The position numbers and the translations under genes are program-made. A stretch of DNA of 63,915 nucleotides from Candidatus Aminicenantes bacterium (GTDB lineage Bacteria > Acidobacteriota > Aminicenantia > JAMOAD01). Where the stretch lies: contig JAMOVU010000009.1 in NCBI GenBank assembly GCA_027067555.1, forward strand, positions 1-63,915, in the 5' to 3' direction. Below, one piece after another: positions 1 to 8,648 of this stretch (the first letter of the stretch is position 1; each line of letters opens with the position of its first letter). The notes beneath the pieces are model-generated. The model had not been told where the DNA came from, did no database searches, and saw only the letters and a list, made by a program, of their open reading frames with translations.

Positions 1-568
1 CTCTTCTTTCCCTTATTTTTAATCCGTAAAAATCAACTTGCTCACTCCATCCTTCATAAACAGTTCTATTCCTTTCTCCTCTTCTTAATAATAAGCTCTT
101 ATTCTTCAGTGTTTTATTATAATTTAAAAGGTAATTTATGTAAAGATTGTCAATCCCCGCTGCAAAAGAATCAAATAACCTTCTCTTCTCTCTTCTCTCC
201 TTAAAAAAACTAAAAATCCTCTCACTATTTACAAAAATAACAAAAAAAAGATCCAGAATTTCCGAAAATTTTACCCTTTTACCATCTAACAATTTTCTAA
301 CCTTCCCTTTTTCAAATACTGCTTCCATAAGAAAATCACTCCCCTCATAAATCTTAATTACAGCAGAAAAACTTTCTCCCCGCGCCAGATCCCAAATCCT
401 CTTTGTTCTGAAAGACTTTCCAAAATTCAAATAATATATAGCCTCCAACAGCGTGGTCTTTCCTTTCCCATTCCCCCCATATATAATATTTATACCATCT
501 TTAAAATAAAACTTTCTCTCTTTAAAAATCCTAAAATTATTTAGATATACCTCTTTTATTTCCGACAA
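1..568 (-). CDS. recF: DNA replication/repair protein RecF (partial, runs off the window start)
   Basis: Not in the ORF track. Manual translation from TTG at 568 gives SEIKEVYLNNFRIFK...INIIYGGNGKGKTTLLEAIYYLNFGKSFR...YNKTLKNKSLLL...WSEQV, with a Walker A motif and RecF-like N-terminus. It lies directly downstream of dnaN. Confidence 0.9.
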   Translation of the reverse strand, partial: MSEIKEVYLNNFRIFKERKFYFKDGINIIYGGNGKGKTTLLEAIYYLNFGKSFRTKRIWDLARGESFSAVIKIYEGSDFLMEAVFEKGKVRKLLDGKRVKFSEILDLFFVIFVNSERIFSFFKERREKRRLFDSFAAGIDNLYINYLLNYNKTLKNKSLLLRRGERNRTVYEGWSEQVDFYGLKIRERR

Positions 569-571
569 AAC

Positions 572-1684
572 TTATTGAAAGGGGATTACCATATATGTAT
601 AATCAAATTTCTGATCTCCCTCTTTAACTCCGTCTTCAGGCTTGAATCTTACTATTGTTTTCTCATCGGAAAACTCCATAATAACCTTTTCACTTTCTAT
701 ATTTTCCAGAAACTCCTTTATAAAAATGGCATTAAAGGAGATAATAATATCATCCCCTTTATACCCTTCCGCTCGAAGTTCCTCTTCTCCTCTTCCACTA
801 TCAACACTATCATAACTAAGTATAATCTTATCCTCTTTTATCACCATGTTCACCTGTTTTATTTTAGAAGATATTATATTTAATATCCTTCTAAGAGCCT
901 TATTCGTTTCCTCTCTATAAAATATAACCTTTTTCTCCCTCTCCATATTCACATAATCATAAAACTCAGGGAATTTTTTTTCTATAACTCTTGAAGTTAA
1001 AATCCTGTTACCATAAACAAAAAAATAATTATTAACTCCTTTAATAACTTCAATCTTCCCCTCATCTTCAAACTTTAGTATTTCATTTAAAGCTTTTCTA
1101 TAAATAAGAAAATCTATTTCTCCAAAATTTTCACCAACCTCTGTCTTTACATAAGCCAATCTATTATAATCAGAAGAGACCGCCTCTATCGTCTTTCCCT
1201 TAAAAATAAAATATCCTCCTCCCATCGCCGTATAATGTTCCTCTGAGATAGCATATTTAATCATTTTTATTAGTTTCTTAAAGATTTTTATATCAATAAT
1301 TACCTTTTCTTCATTTTCCGGAAGAGGAATAGTTGGAAAATTATCAGGGGAAAGACCATAAAGAGTATAAAAACTATTTCCTCCCCTTAATTCAACAACT
1401 GAATCCTCTTTCTCTTCTATCTCAATATATTCTGTTTCCATTTCCTTTATAAGATTATACAGTAAAGAAAAAGCAACTGTAATACTCCCTTCCCTCTCAA
1501 TTTCCGCGTTGATTTCAATCACTATTCCTATTTCCAGATCTGTTCCTGAAATTTCTATCTTTCCACCTTCTTTTGATTTCAGAAGAATATAATTAAGAAT
1601 TGGCATTGTACTTCTCTTTTCAACAATACCATTCATGAGATCAAGCTCTTTTAATAAAAGGGTTCTCTCAATTTTTACCTTCAT
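572..1684 (-). CDS. dnaN: DNA polymerase III beta sliding clamp
   Basis: Motifs IVEKRSTMPILNYILL, GTDLEIG, SDYNRLA and FNAIFI; lies downstream of dnaA. Start placed at MKVKIER (1684), after an AGGAAAGGTGG SD-like sequence; the ORF track extends to 1702. Confidence 0.95.
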   Translation of the reverse strand: MKVKIERTLLLKELDLMNGIVEKRSTMPILNYILLKSKEGGKIEISGTDLEIGIVIEINAEIEREGSITVAFSLLYNLIKEMETEYIEIEEKEDSVVELRGGNSFYTLYGLSPDNFPTIPLPENEEKVIIDIKIFKKLIKMIKYAISEEHYTAMGGGYFIFKGKTIEAVSSDYNRLAYVKTEVGENFGEIDFLIYRKALNEILKFEDEGKIEVIKGVNNYFFVYGNRILTSRVIEKKFPEFYDYVNMEREKKVIFYREETNKALRRILNIISSKIKQVNMVIKEDKIILSYDSVDSGRGEEELRAEGYKGDDIIISFNAIFIKEFLENIESEKVIMEFSDEKTIVRFKPEDGVKEGDQKFDYTYMVIPFQ

Positions 1685-1701
1685 TTTTCCACCTTTCCTC
1701 A

Positions 1702-1834
1702 TAATTTATTGTACTATTAATCTTATAATATATTATTTATAAAATCAATATTATAATAACCGTTCAAAAGTTGAAAAATACGAAAAGCATCTTTTCTTCT
1801 ATCTCTTTGAAAAAAAAAAGTGTTGAAATTTTTA
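1702..1834. other. Probable oriC unwinding region (dnaA-dnaN intergenic)
   Basis: Nearly pure A/T tract at 1702-1759. Degenerate DnaA boxes at 1769-1777 (TTTTCAACT on minus) and 1821-1829 (ATTTCAACA on minus), followed on minus by GG and TTA-TTA-TAA-TAT trio-like repeats. Confidence 0.55.
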
Positions 1835-3130
1835 CTAAATATCTTTAAATCTCCTAATGTAAGATTCTATCTCTTTTTCAAAAGCACTATCACTTTCCAT
1901 TTTGCTTTGAATCTTATTTATTGAGTGGAGAACAGTTGAATGATGTTTGTTTCCGAACTCTTTTCCTATTTTATTTAGGGGCATATCAATAATTACTTTC
2001 AGGAGATACATAGCTATTTGTCTTGGAAAAGAAACTCTCGGAGAATTGTTTTTTGAGCTTAATTCATTTACTTTTACTCCATATTTTTCAGCTATAAAAT
2101 TCTTTATTCTTTCGGGTGTTACTTCTTCTTTGTTTTCATCAACATAATCTTTTATCTCTTCTCTAACAAGCCCTATTGTTATGGGAATACCTCTTATAGA
2201 GGCAATAGCTCCTATTCTTGAAAGCGCTCCCTCAAGTGTTCTGACATTTCTCTTTATTTTTGATGCTATATATTCAGCTATATCTTTTGTTATAGGGATA
2301 TTTTTTTCTCTTGCTTTTTCCATAAGAATTGCAATCCTGTTTTCAAGATCAGGAGGTTCTATCTGAGCTATTATTCCCCATTCAAAACGGGATCTTAATC
2401 TTTCCTCCAATTTTTTTAAATCTTTTGGTGGGCAATCGCTTGAAATTATTATTTGTTTATTTGCTTCGTAAAGTTCATTAAAAATAAAGAAAAGTTCTTT
2501 TTTAGTAGCTTCCCATGTAGACATAAGTTGTATATCATCAATTATCAAGATATCAGCATTTTTATATTTATTTTTGAATTCCGTATATTTTTTGTTTTGA
2601 AGATGATAAACCATTTCATCCATAAAATCCTTTGAGCTTTTAAACATTACATTTTTACTTTTGTCGTTTTTTAAAATATAGTTTGCTATTGCTGTTAAAA
2701 GGTGTGTTTTTCCGAGGCCGACATCTCCGTAAATATATACAGGGTTATAGTTAGATTCTCCCTTTGCAACGCTATAGGCGACAGCGAATGCAAATTTGCT
2801 TCCCTCCCCCGGAATAAAATTGTCGAAAGTATAATTTTCATTTATATTTGGATATTTGGTTGAAGAAACTTTTTTTCTCTTACCTTTTTTTGCTTCGGGA
2901 TAAATAAATCTTATTTTCAGGTTTGGGTCATAGCTTATGAGCAGGGAGTTAATGAGGTCTATGTATTTTCCTTCTATAAAGGAAAAGAAATTTGAGTCGG
3001 GAACTTTTAGATAGAGCTCATTTTCATCAGTTCCTATGAATTTTATTGGTGAAATCCAGAGATTATATTCTCTTTCATCTTTAATTGTTTTCTTTAGCTC
3101 TTCTTTAATTTTAGTCCATATAGATTCCAT
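1835..3130 (-). CDS. dnaA: Chromosomal replication initiator DnaA
   Basis: YTFDNF, YNPVYIYGDVGLGKTHLL, IIDDIQ, RLRSRFEWG, NVRTLEGAL, and domain IV RQIAMYL...IGKEFGNKHHSTVLHS. Confidence 0.98.
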   Translation of the reverse strand: MESIWTKIKEELKKTIKDEREYNLWISPIKFIGTDENELYLKVPDSNFFSFIEGKYIDLINSLLISYDPNLKIRFIYPEAKKGKRKKVSSTKYPNINENYTFDNFIPGEGSKFAFAVAYSVAKGESNYNPVYIYGDVGLGKTHLLTAIANYILKNDKSKNVMFKSSKDFMDEMVYHLQNKKYTEFKNKYKNADILIIDDIQLMSTWEATKKELFFIFNELYEANKQIIISSDCPPKDLKKLEERLRSRFEWGIIAQIEPPDLENRIAILMEKAREKNIPITKDIAEYIASKIKRNVRTLEGALSRIGAIASIRGIPITIGLVREEIKDYVDENKEEVTPERIKNFIAEKYGVKVNELSSKNNSPRVSFPRQIAMYLLKVIIDMPLNKIGKEFGNKHHSTVLHSINKIQSKMESDSAFEKEIESYIRRFKDI

Positions 3131-3145
3131 TAGATTTCCACCTTT

Positions 3146-3165
3146 TTTTCCACAATTGTGGAAAT
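3146..3165. promoter_or_regulatory. Inverted pair of DnaA boxes in the dnaA 5' leader
   Basis: TTTTCCACA at 3146-3154 matches TTWTNCACA; TGTGGAAAT at 3157-3165 has one mismatch. Together they form the perfect palindrome TTTCCACAATTGTGGAAA. Confidence 0.8.
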
Positions 3166-3168
3166 CTT

Positions 3169-3197
3169 ATTTTATATATTGAAAGCTATGTTGTCAA
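3169..3197 (-). promoter_or_regulatory. sigma70-type promoter of dnaA
   Basis: On minus: TTGACA (3197-3192), 17 bp, TAAAAT (3174-3169). Confidence 0.8.
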
Positions 3198-3242
3198 GGA
3201 GTTATTAGTTTTGATAAAAAAGCATTTATTTGAAAAATATAT

Positions 3243-3271
3243 TTCTTAGTATAAAATTTTTTTGCTATAAT
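3243..3271 (+). promoter_or_regulatory. Extended -10 promoter of dsbD
   Basis: TGcTATAAT at 3263-3271, with TTCTTA 17 bp upstream and an AGGAG SD before ATG 3302. Confidence 0.6.
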
Positions 3272-3301
3272 AGAACTTCAAAAAGTTTAGGAGATTTAAA
3301 G

Positions 3302-4927
3302 ATGATAAAAAGGATTTTAATGGTACTATTTTTGTCTCTTTTTTCGGTAACCCTTCTGGCTGAAGGTATGAAGACTGTTTCTAAAAAGATTTACAGGGAA
3401 AAAGAGAAGGTTAAGTTCCTTCTTGAGTTCGAAATTCCACCAGGTCTTGATATTTCAGATGTAGATAAAGATCTAAAAGTAAAAGTGAAGGAGAAAGTAT
3501 TTTCAATTGAGAATATCAAAAAGGATAAAGTAGATTTTGGACATATAAAAAATATTGAAATTAAGGGAGACATTCAGATAAATGATAAAGAGGGGTTTAA
3601 TAAAAGGAGCATAACATTTATTATAGATTATGAGCTTTGTGACCCAATAACTAAAGCGTGTATGGTTTCTGAGAAAAAGGAGATAGAGGTCAGGTACGAC
3701 TTTTCCAAGTTGAAGAAGAAGTCATTCAATTTTTTGTCTCTTGTTTTACTGTTTCTTTCGGGAATAGCGACATCTTTTACACCTTGTGTTTTTCCACTTA
3801 TCCCTCTTGTTTTCGGTTTTATAGGTGCGACGGGAAAAAACCCTAAAAGAGCACTTGCCCTTTCTTCAACAATGGTGCTCTCGATGGGAGTTGTTTATTC
3901 TGCTCTTGGTGTTTTTGCCGCTCTTTCCGGGAAAGTGTTCGGTTCATTAACTAAAAGCCCTGGTTTTCTTGTGGGAGCAGGCATGATAATGGTTTTGATG
4001 GGGGTTTCTCTGATGGGATACTTACCATTTAAAACACCCTCTTTTGTTTCAAAGGGAATGAGAACATATAAGGGGAAAGGTTTTCTTTCAGCTATAACGA
4101 TGGGACTTTTCCTTGGAGCTATCGGTGCTCCATGTGTTGGTCCTGTTCTTGTTTCAGTTTTAACATATGTTTCAACAACTCAGAATGCTCTGGTGGGTGC
4201 TCTCATGTTGTTTTCATACTCAATGGGAATAGGATTAATTTTTGTAATTATAGGAACACTTTCTCAAAGCCTTGGAAAGAGTTTTTCTCAGGGAAGATGG
4301 ATGGAGTCTTTAAAGAATTTTTTCTCTCTCTTAATTATAGGAGGGGGTTTTTATTTTATGGGTATGGGACTCAAGACAAACCTCTTAATTTACGTTTTTC
4401 TTCTATTTGTGGGCTTGTGGATAATAAAAGAGTCTTTTAAGGTTGAGGGAAAAGTTGTGAAAGGCAGTCTGATTCTGATTGCAATTCTTACGATTGCTGT
4501 TCCCTCTTACAAATTATATAATGTAATACACCATCACGGAGGCAAAATTTTCGGGGGTAAGGGTGTAGTTGGATGGGAGAGTTCTTACAAAGGGGCTTTA
4601 GAGAAGGCAAGTAAAGAGAAGAAAATTGTTTTTATAGATTTTTACGCTGATTGGTGTGAGAATTGCCATAAGCTTGAGAAGTCGGTGGAGAAGGTCTATC
4701 CGGAGGTGAAGAATAAGGTAGTATTTTTGAGAATAAACATGGAGTCTCAGGATAAGGTAAAAGAGAGTTTAGTTAAGAAATACAATATAGTCGGCCTTCC
4801 GGGAGTTGTTATGGAGTGCCCTGAGGGACAGGAAATAGGCTCGTTTTTTGGATATAAGGATGAGAGTTCTTTAAAAGAGATTATAAGAAAAGCTATAGAA
4901 GATAGTAGTAAAAGGTGTGGAGGTTAA
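3302..4927 (+). CDS. dsbD: Thiol:disulfide interchange protein DsbD (alpha, transmembrane and thioredoxin domains)
   Basis: Signal peptide, LCDPITKAC pair, transmembrane domain with SFTPCVFP and APCVGP, C-terminal DFYADWCENC. Start placed at ATG 3302 after the SD; the ORF track starts at 3230. Confidence 0.9.
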   Translation: MIKRILMVLFLSLFSVTLLAEGMKTVSKKIYREKEKVKFLLEFEIPPGLDISDVDKDLKVKVKEKVFSIENIKKDKVDFGHIKNIEIKGDIQINDKEGFNKRSITFIIDYELCDPITKACMVSEKKEIEVRYDFSKLKKKSFNFLSLVLLFLSGIATSFTPCVFPLIPLVFGFIGATGKNPKRALALSSTMVLSMGVVYSALGVFAALSGKVFGSLTKSPGFLVGAGMIMVLMGVSLMGYLPFKTPSFVSKGMRTYKGKGFLSAITMGLFLGAIGAPCVGPVLVSVLTYVSTTQNALVGALMLFSYSMGIGLIFVIIGTLSQSLGKSFSQGRWMESLKNFFSLLIIGGGFYFMGMGLKTNLLIYVFLLFVGLWIIKESFKVEGKVVKGSLILIAILTIAVPSYKLYNVIHHHGGKIFGGKGVVGWESSYKGALEKASKEKKIVFIDFYADWCENCHKLEKSVEKVYPEVKNKVVFLRINMESQDKVKESLVKKYNIVGLPGVVMECPEGQEIGSFFGYKDESSLKEIIRKAIEDSSKRCGG

Positions 4928-4928
4928 A

Positions 4929-5249
4929 ATGAGCAAATATTTAATTAAGGGTGATGAGTTAAAGAAATATCTTGAAGAGGAAGAAGTTGTGCTTGTGGAT
5001 TTTTCAAGCCCTTTTTGCGCTCCCTGTAAAAAAGTCCCACCTATTTTTGAGGAGTTGGAGGGGGATTTTGGAGAGAGAGTGAGCTTCTTAGAGATAAATG
5101 TGGCTGAGGACAATGATCTTGCTCTAAATTATGATGTGTTTTCAGTTCCCACGATCATTGTTTTTAAAAAAGGAGAGGAGAAAGAAAGAATCTCCGGTGT
5201 TCCCAATAGAAAAAAGTTGTCTTCTGTTTTAAATAAGCTTATTTCCTGA
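4929..5249 (+). CDS. Thioredoxin (FCAPC active site)
   Basis: VLVDFSSPFCAPCK, VFSVPTIIVFKKG; GGAGGT SD before ATG 4929. Confidence 0.9.
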   Translation: MSKYLIKGDELKKYLEEEEVVLVDFSSPFCAPCKKVPPIFEELEGDFGERVSFLEINVAEDNDLALNYDVFSVPTIIVFKKGEEKERISGVPNRKKLSSVLNKLIS

Positions 5250-5260
5250 TATTCTTTTAT

Positions 5261-6445
5261 ATGGATGAGTTTTTAAAGGCAACTCTTCTTATAGTCTTTT
5301 TCATTCTCTTCTCTTTTGCCGCTTCTAAGCTTTTTGTAAGAAGAGAAAAGGAAAGTTTTTTATACTTTTTGGGGGTGACAGGGGAGCCTTTCGTGATTAT
5401 AGGAATTCTTTTCTCTTTTCTGATAAAGAGAATCTTTCCCCCTGGTAAAGCTCTGGAAATCTTTGCTCCCTTCATGATAGTGATAATAGCGTTTGTTGGT
5501 TTCTTGTATGCGAGTAATTTTGTCGTAAAGTATATCAGGGGATTGGAGGTTAAAAACCTGATTTATGTCTTTCTATTTTTTGCTCTCTCCTATTATGGAG
5601 CCTTCTTTATGCTTGATGCAGGACTTAAGGCCTTTTTTGGAGGATGTACAATAGTTGTGGGTGACTTAAAGGTTTTGGCTCTGTCGGTTACTTTATTTTC
5701 TCCTTTTTTCCTTTATATGGAGAAAAAGGAAGGGGATGGAAAGAAAGAGCATTCTCTGACGCTTTTCATCTCATATTTTTCATCCTTTTTTGCGATAATT
5801 TTTTTCGGGTTTCTCTTCTATAGAGAGAGGGTAATAAGGATAGAAACTTTCTCTATAAAGCTCTCCTTTCTGCTTTTTGGTATAATTCTTTTATTATCAG
5901 TAAGTCTTTTCTCCCTTTTGTCTTCGAAATTAAAAAGGGAGGAAGTTATGACTTTAAGTATTGGCATCCTTGCTATAGCGGGAGGAATGGCTGTTTTCAC
6001 CACGACGAGCATTATCACTATTGCTGCGGTTTTGTCCTTTTTGTATGTAAATATGCCTTATAGAATAAAGGAATTTAAACTTATCCCGCACCTTCTTATG
6101 TTTGAAAAACCTGTTTTTATTCTTCTTTTACTTCTTACCCCTATGTTTTTGTTTAAAGTAGAGGGATTTCAGATTTTTAAAATAGGGATACTTCTTGTTT
6201 TTATAAGATTTTTCCTGAGAGCGATTTTTATTCTGTTTTTAAGAGTATTAAAAAGAGATATAAGTTTTGGAGCTCTTCTCCCTTATGGGCCTTTACCTCT
6301 TGCAATCGCTGTTTCATATTTTTTCATTGTGGGAGAGGGTAGCTCAGTTGTGGTGGGGAGCTTGATTATCTCTCAATTGTTAGGGGATTTTTTAAGTTCG
6401 CTTTACTTTTTTTATAGCAGGAAAAGAGGTGCGGTGGAAAAATGA
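5261..6445 (+). CDS. Multi-pass membrane protein, probably a divergent cation:proton antiporter-fold subunit
   Basis: About 12 hydrophobic segments, FEKPVFILLLL and LLPYGPLPLAIA reminiscent of late CPA helices; overlaps the next gene (ATGA). Confidence 0.55.
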   Translation: MDEFLKATLLIVFFILFSFAASKLFVRREKESFLYFLGVTGEPFVIIGILFSFLIKRIFPPGKALEIFAPFMIVIIAFVGFLYASNFVVKYIRGLEVKNLIYVFLFFALSYYGAFFMLDAGLKAFFGGCTIVVGDLKVLALSVTLFSPFFLYMEKKEGDGKKEHSLTLFISYFSSFFAIIFFGFLFYRERVIRIETFSIKLSFLLFGIILLLSVSLFSLLSSKLKREEVMTLSIGILAIAGGMAVFTTTSIITIAAVLSFLYVNMPYRIKEFKLIPHLLMFEKPVFILLLLLTPMFLFKVEGFQIFKIGILLVFIRFFLRAIFILFLRVLKRDISFGALLPYGPLPLAIAVSYFFIVGEGSSVVVGSLIISQLLGDFLSSLYFFYSRKRGAVEK

Positions 6446-7749
6446 TAGTTTCAATTTCTCTAATTCTTTTCGCTCTTTTGTTAAGCAGAGTTTCGTTTCA
6501 GAGTATTCTTCCTCCTTCAGGCGAACTCACTTTTTTACTGGGGCTAATTCTTATTGTATCCTTTCTTGTTGGAAAGCTTTCTCTTAAAATAAAAATACCT
6601 ATGATAACCGGATTTTTGCTGACCGGAATCTTTCTGGGTCCATATCTTTTGAACATTATAACAAGAGAGGGGGTGAAGAATTTTGCTCTTATAAATGAAA
6701 TAGCTCTTTCAATAATAGCTCTTTCTGCAGGTGGGGAGTTGGATTTGAGGGAGCTTGCAAAGAAAATAGGATCTCTTTCAACGATTATTTTTTTTCAGGT
6801 TTTTATGGCTTTTATAGGGGTTGGCCTTATCTTTCTTTTATTGTTTAAGTATATTATTCTTCCTCCGATTGTAAAGGAATCAGCTGTAGCTTCTCTTTCA
6901 GTAGCATTTGCCCTTTTAATGGGTACTATAGCAACAGCCAAGTCACCATCAACTACAATTGCTATAATAATGGAAACGGGTGCTGAAGGAAACCTGACAG
7001 ATACTGTTCTTGCAATTACTGTCTTAAAGGATGTTGTTATAATAGTTCTCTTTACACTTTCAATGGCCTTGGCCTCAGAGATAGCTCTTGGAAGGGGAGG
7101 GCTTGATATTTCTCTTTTTTATGAACTTTTCCTTGAGATTATAGTGGCGATTCTTATTGGTCTTTTTATAGGGCTTTTGCTTGCTCTCTATTACAAGTTT
7201 GTAAACAGATACAATCTCCTTTTTCTTATAGCCCTGAGTTTCCTTATTTCAGCCTTTTATTTTCAGTTCCACTTTCACTTTTTGCTAAGTTGTATGTTTG
7301 CGGGGGCTTTCGCAACAAACTTTTTTAAGGAAATCAGGGAAGATTTTCATTCCTCTGTTAAGGAAGCATCATTGCCCATTTTTATTATCTTTTTTACAAT
7401 AACGGGGGCAGACTTGAATCTCTCTATCTTTAAAAAGTATTGGATATTTGCCCTGTTATATGTTTTTATAAGAGCCTTAATGACTTTTTTGGGAACTTAT
7501 ACAGGTGCAGCTCTTAAGAAGGAAAGCAGGGAGGTAAAGCATCTGAGCTGGTTGGGTTTTCTGGGGCAGGCAGGACTAACCATTGGTTTTCTTACGATAA
7601 TAGAAAGACAATTTCCTTCAGGTGGGGGGATCTTAAAGGATATTGCTCTTGGAGGGATTATTTTAAATCAAATCTTTGGGCCAATAGGTTTTAAGTGGGC
7701 TCTTGTAAAAGCAGGTGAGGCAAGGGAGAAGTTGAAGGTCTCCCTTTGA
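6442..7749 (+). CDS. Cation:proton antiporter (CPA2 / Na+/H+ exchanger family)
   Basis: IPMITGFLLTGIFLGP, AGGELD, ATAKSPSTT, FFTITGADL, QAGLTIG, NQIFGP. Confidence 0.85.
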   Translation: MIVSISLILFALLLSRVSFQSILPPSGELTFLLGLILIVSFLVGKLSLKIKIPMITGFLLTGIFLGPYLLNIITREGVKNFALINEIALSIIALSAGGELDLRELAKKIGSLSTIIFFQVFMAFIGVGLIFLLLFKYIILPPIVKESAVASLSVAFALLMGTIATAKSPSTTIAIIMETGAEGNLTDTVLAITVLKDVVIIVLFTLSMALASEIALGRGGLDISLFYELFLEIIVAILIGLFIGLLLALYYKFVNRYNLLFLIALSFLISAFYFQFHFHFLLSCMFAGAFATNFFKEIREDFHSSVKEASLPIFIIFFTITGADLNLSIFKKYWIFALLYVFIRALMTFLGTYTGAALKKESREVKHLSWLGFLGQAGLTIGFLTIIERQFPSGGGILKDIALGGIILNQIFGPIGFKWALVKAGEAREKLKVSL

Positions 7750-7803
7750 AAGCTTTAAAGAAGAGCTCTTTTATGTTATATTTTTATGGTAATAGGAGGA
7801 AAA

Positions 7804-8055
7804 ATGAGCGCTGCAGATAAAATAATAAGTGTTGGGTTTAATAATTATGTAATGGTGGATAAAATAGTGGCTATAACTTCTGTTAACACCATACCTATAA
7901 AAAAAATAATTAAAAAAGCAAAAGAAGAGGAGAAATTAATAGATGCTTCAATGGGAAAAAAGGTAAAAGCGGCAATATTTTTTGTTTCAGGACAGATTGT
8001 TCTCTCTGCTCTTGCTCCCCAGACGATTTATCAAAGGCTTTCAGGAGAAGAATGA
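7804..8055 (+). CDS. remA: RemA/DUF370 family regulator
   Basis: ISVGFNNYV...IVAI...LIDASMGKK...IVLSALAPQTI; sits upstream of gmk; AGGAGG SD before ATG 7804. Confidence 0.85.
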   Translation: MSAADKIISVGFNNYVMVDKIVAITSVNTIPIKKIIKKAKEEEKLIDASMGKKVKAAIFFVSGQIVLSALAPQTIYQRLSGEE

Positions 8056-8648
8056 GAAAAAATCTTTTTTTTGTACTAACAGGACCTTCTGGAGCTGGTA
8101 AGTCAACTTTGATAAAAGGTATAAAGGAAAAGTTTGATCTTGCATTTTCTGTTTCACATACAACAAGAGCTCCCAGGGAAGGAGAGATAGAGGGAAGGGA
8201 TTATTATTTTGTGGAAGAAAGTGTTTTCGAGAAGATGTTAAAGAGAGGAGAATTTATTGAATGGACGGAAGTTTATGGCAATAAATATGGAACCACGAAG
8301 AAAGAAGTAGAAAGGCTTTTAAGAGGGGAAAAGGATATTGTTCTTGATCTTGATTTGAGAGGTGCTTTAAGAGCAAAGACGGTTTTTAAGGATGCTATTG
8401 TTATCTTTATTGGCACAAAATCTTTCGAGGATTTAAAAGAGCGCTTGAGGAAGAGGGGAGAAAAGGATATTGAGAAAAGAATCTCCCTTGCGAAGGAGGC
8501 TATAGATCTTATAGCAAATTTTGATTATCTTGTCATAAACGGAGAGCTTGAGAGTTCTTTAAGAGAAGTGGAAAGTATTTTTGTTTCTGAGCACCTGAGG
8601 ACAAGAAACATAAATTTGTCGAAATATAAAGAGGATTTTTTCAAATGA
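8052..8648 (+). CDS. gmk: Guanylate kinase
   Basis: GPSGAGKST, SVSHTTRAPREGE, DYYFV, YGNKYGT. Confidence 0.97.
   Translation: MRKNLFFVLTGPSGAGKSTLIKGIKEKFDLAFSVSHTTRAPREGEIEGRDYYFVEESVFEKMLKRGEFIEWTEVYGNKYGTTKKEVERLLRGEKDIVLDLDLRGALRAKTVFKDAIVIFIGTKSFEDLKERLRKRGEKDIEKRISLAKEAIDLIANFDYLVINGELESSLREVESIFVSEHLRTRNINLSKYKEDFFK

Noticed and set aside
1810-1819. A10 homopolymer as a phase-variation tract
   Set aside because: It is intergenic in an AT-rich origin region, not in a reading frame or an identified promoter spacer.
4416-4424. Perfect DnaA box TGTGGATAA inside dsbD (another at 26946-26954 in yidC)
   Set aside because: Both are isolated and explained by Leu-Trp-Ile codons; single 9-mers are expected by chance in 64 kb of AT-rich DNA.
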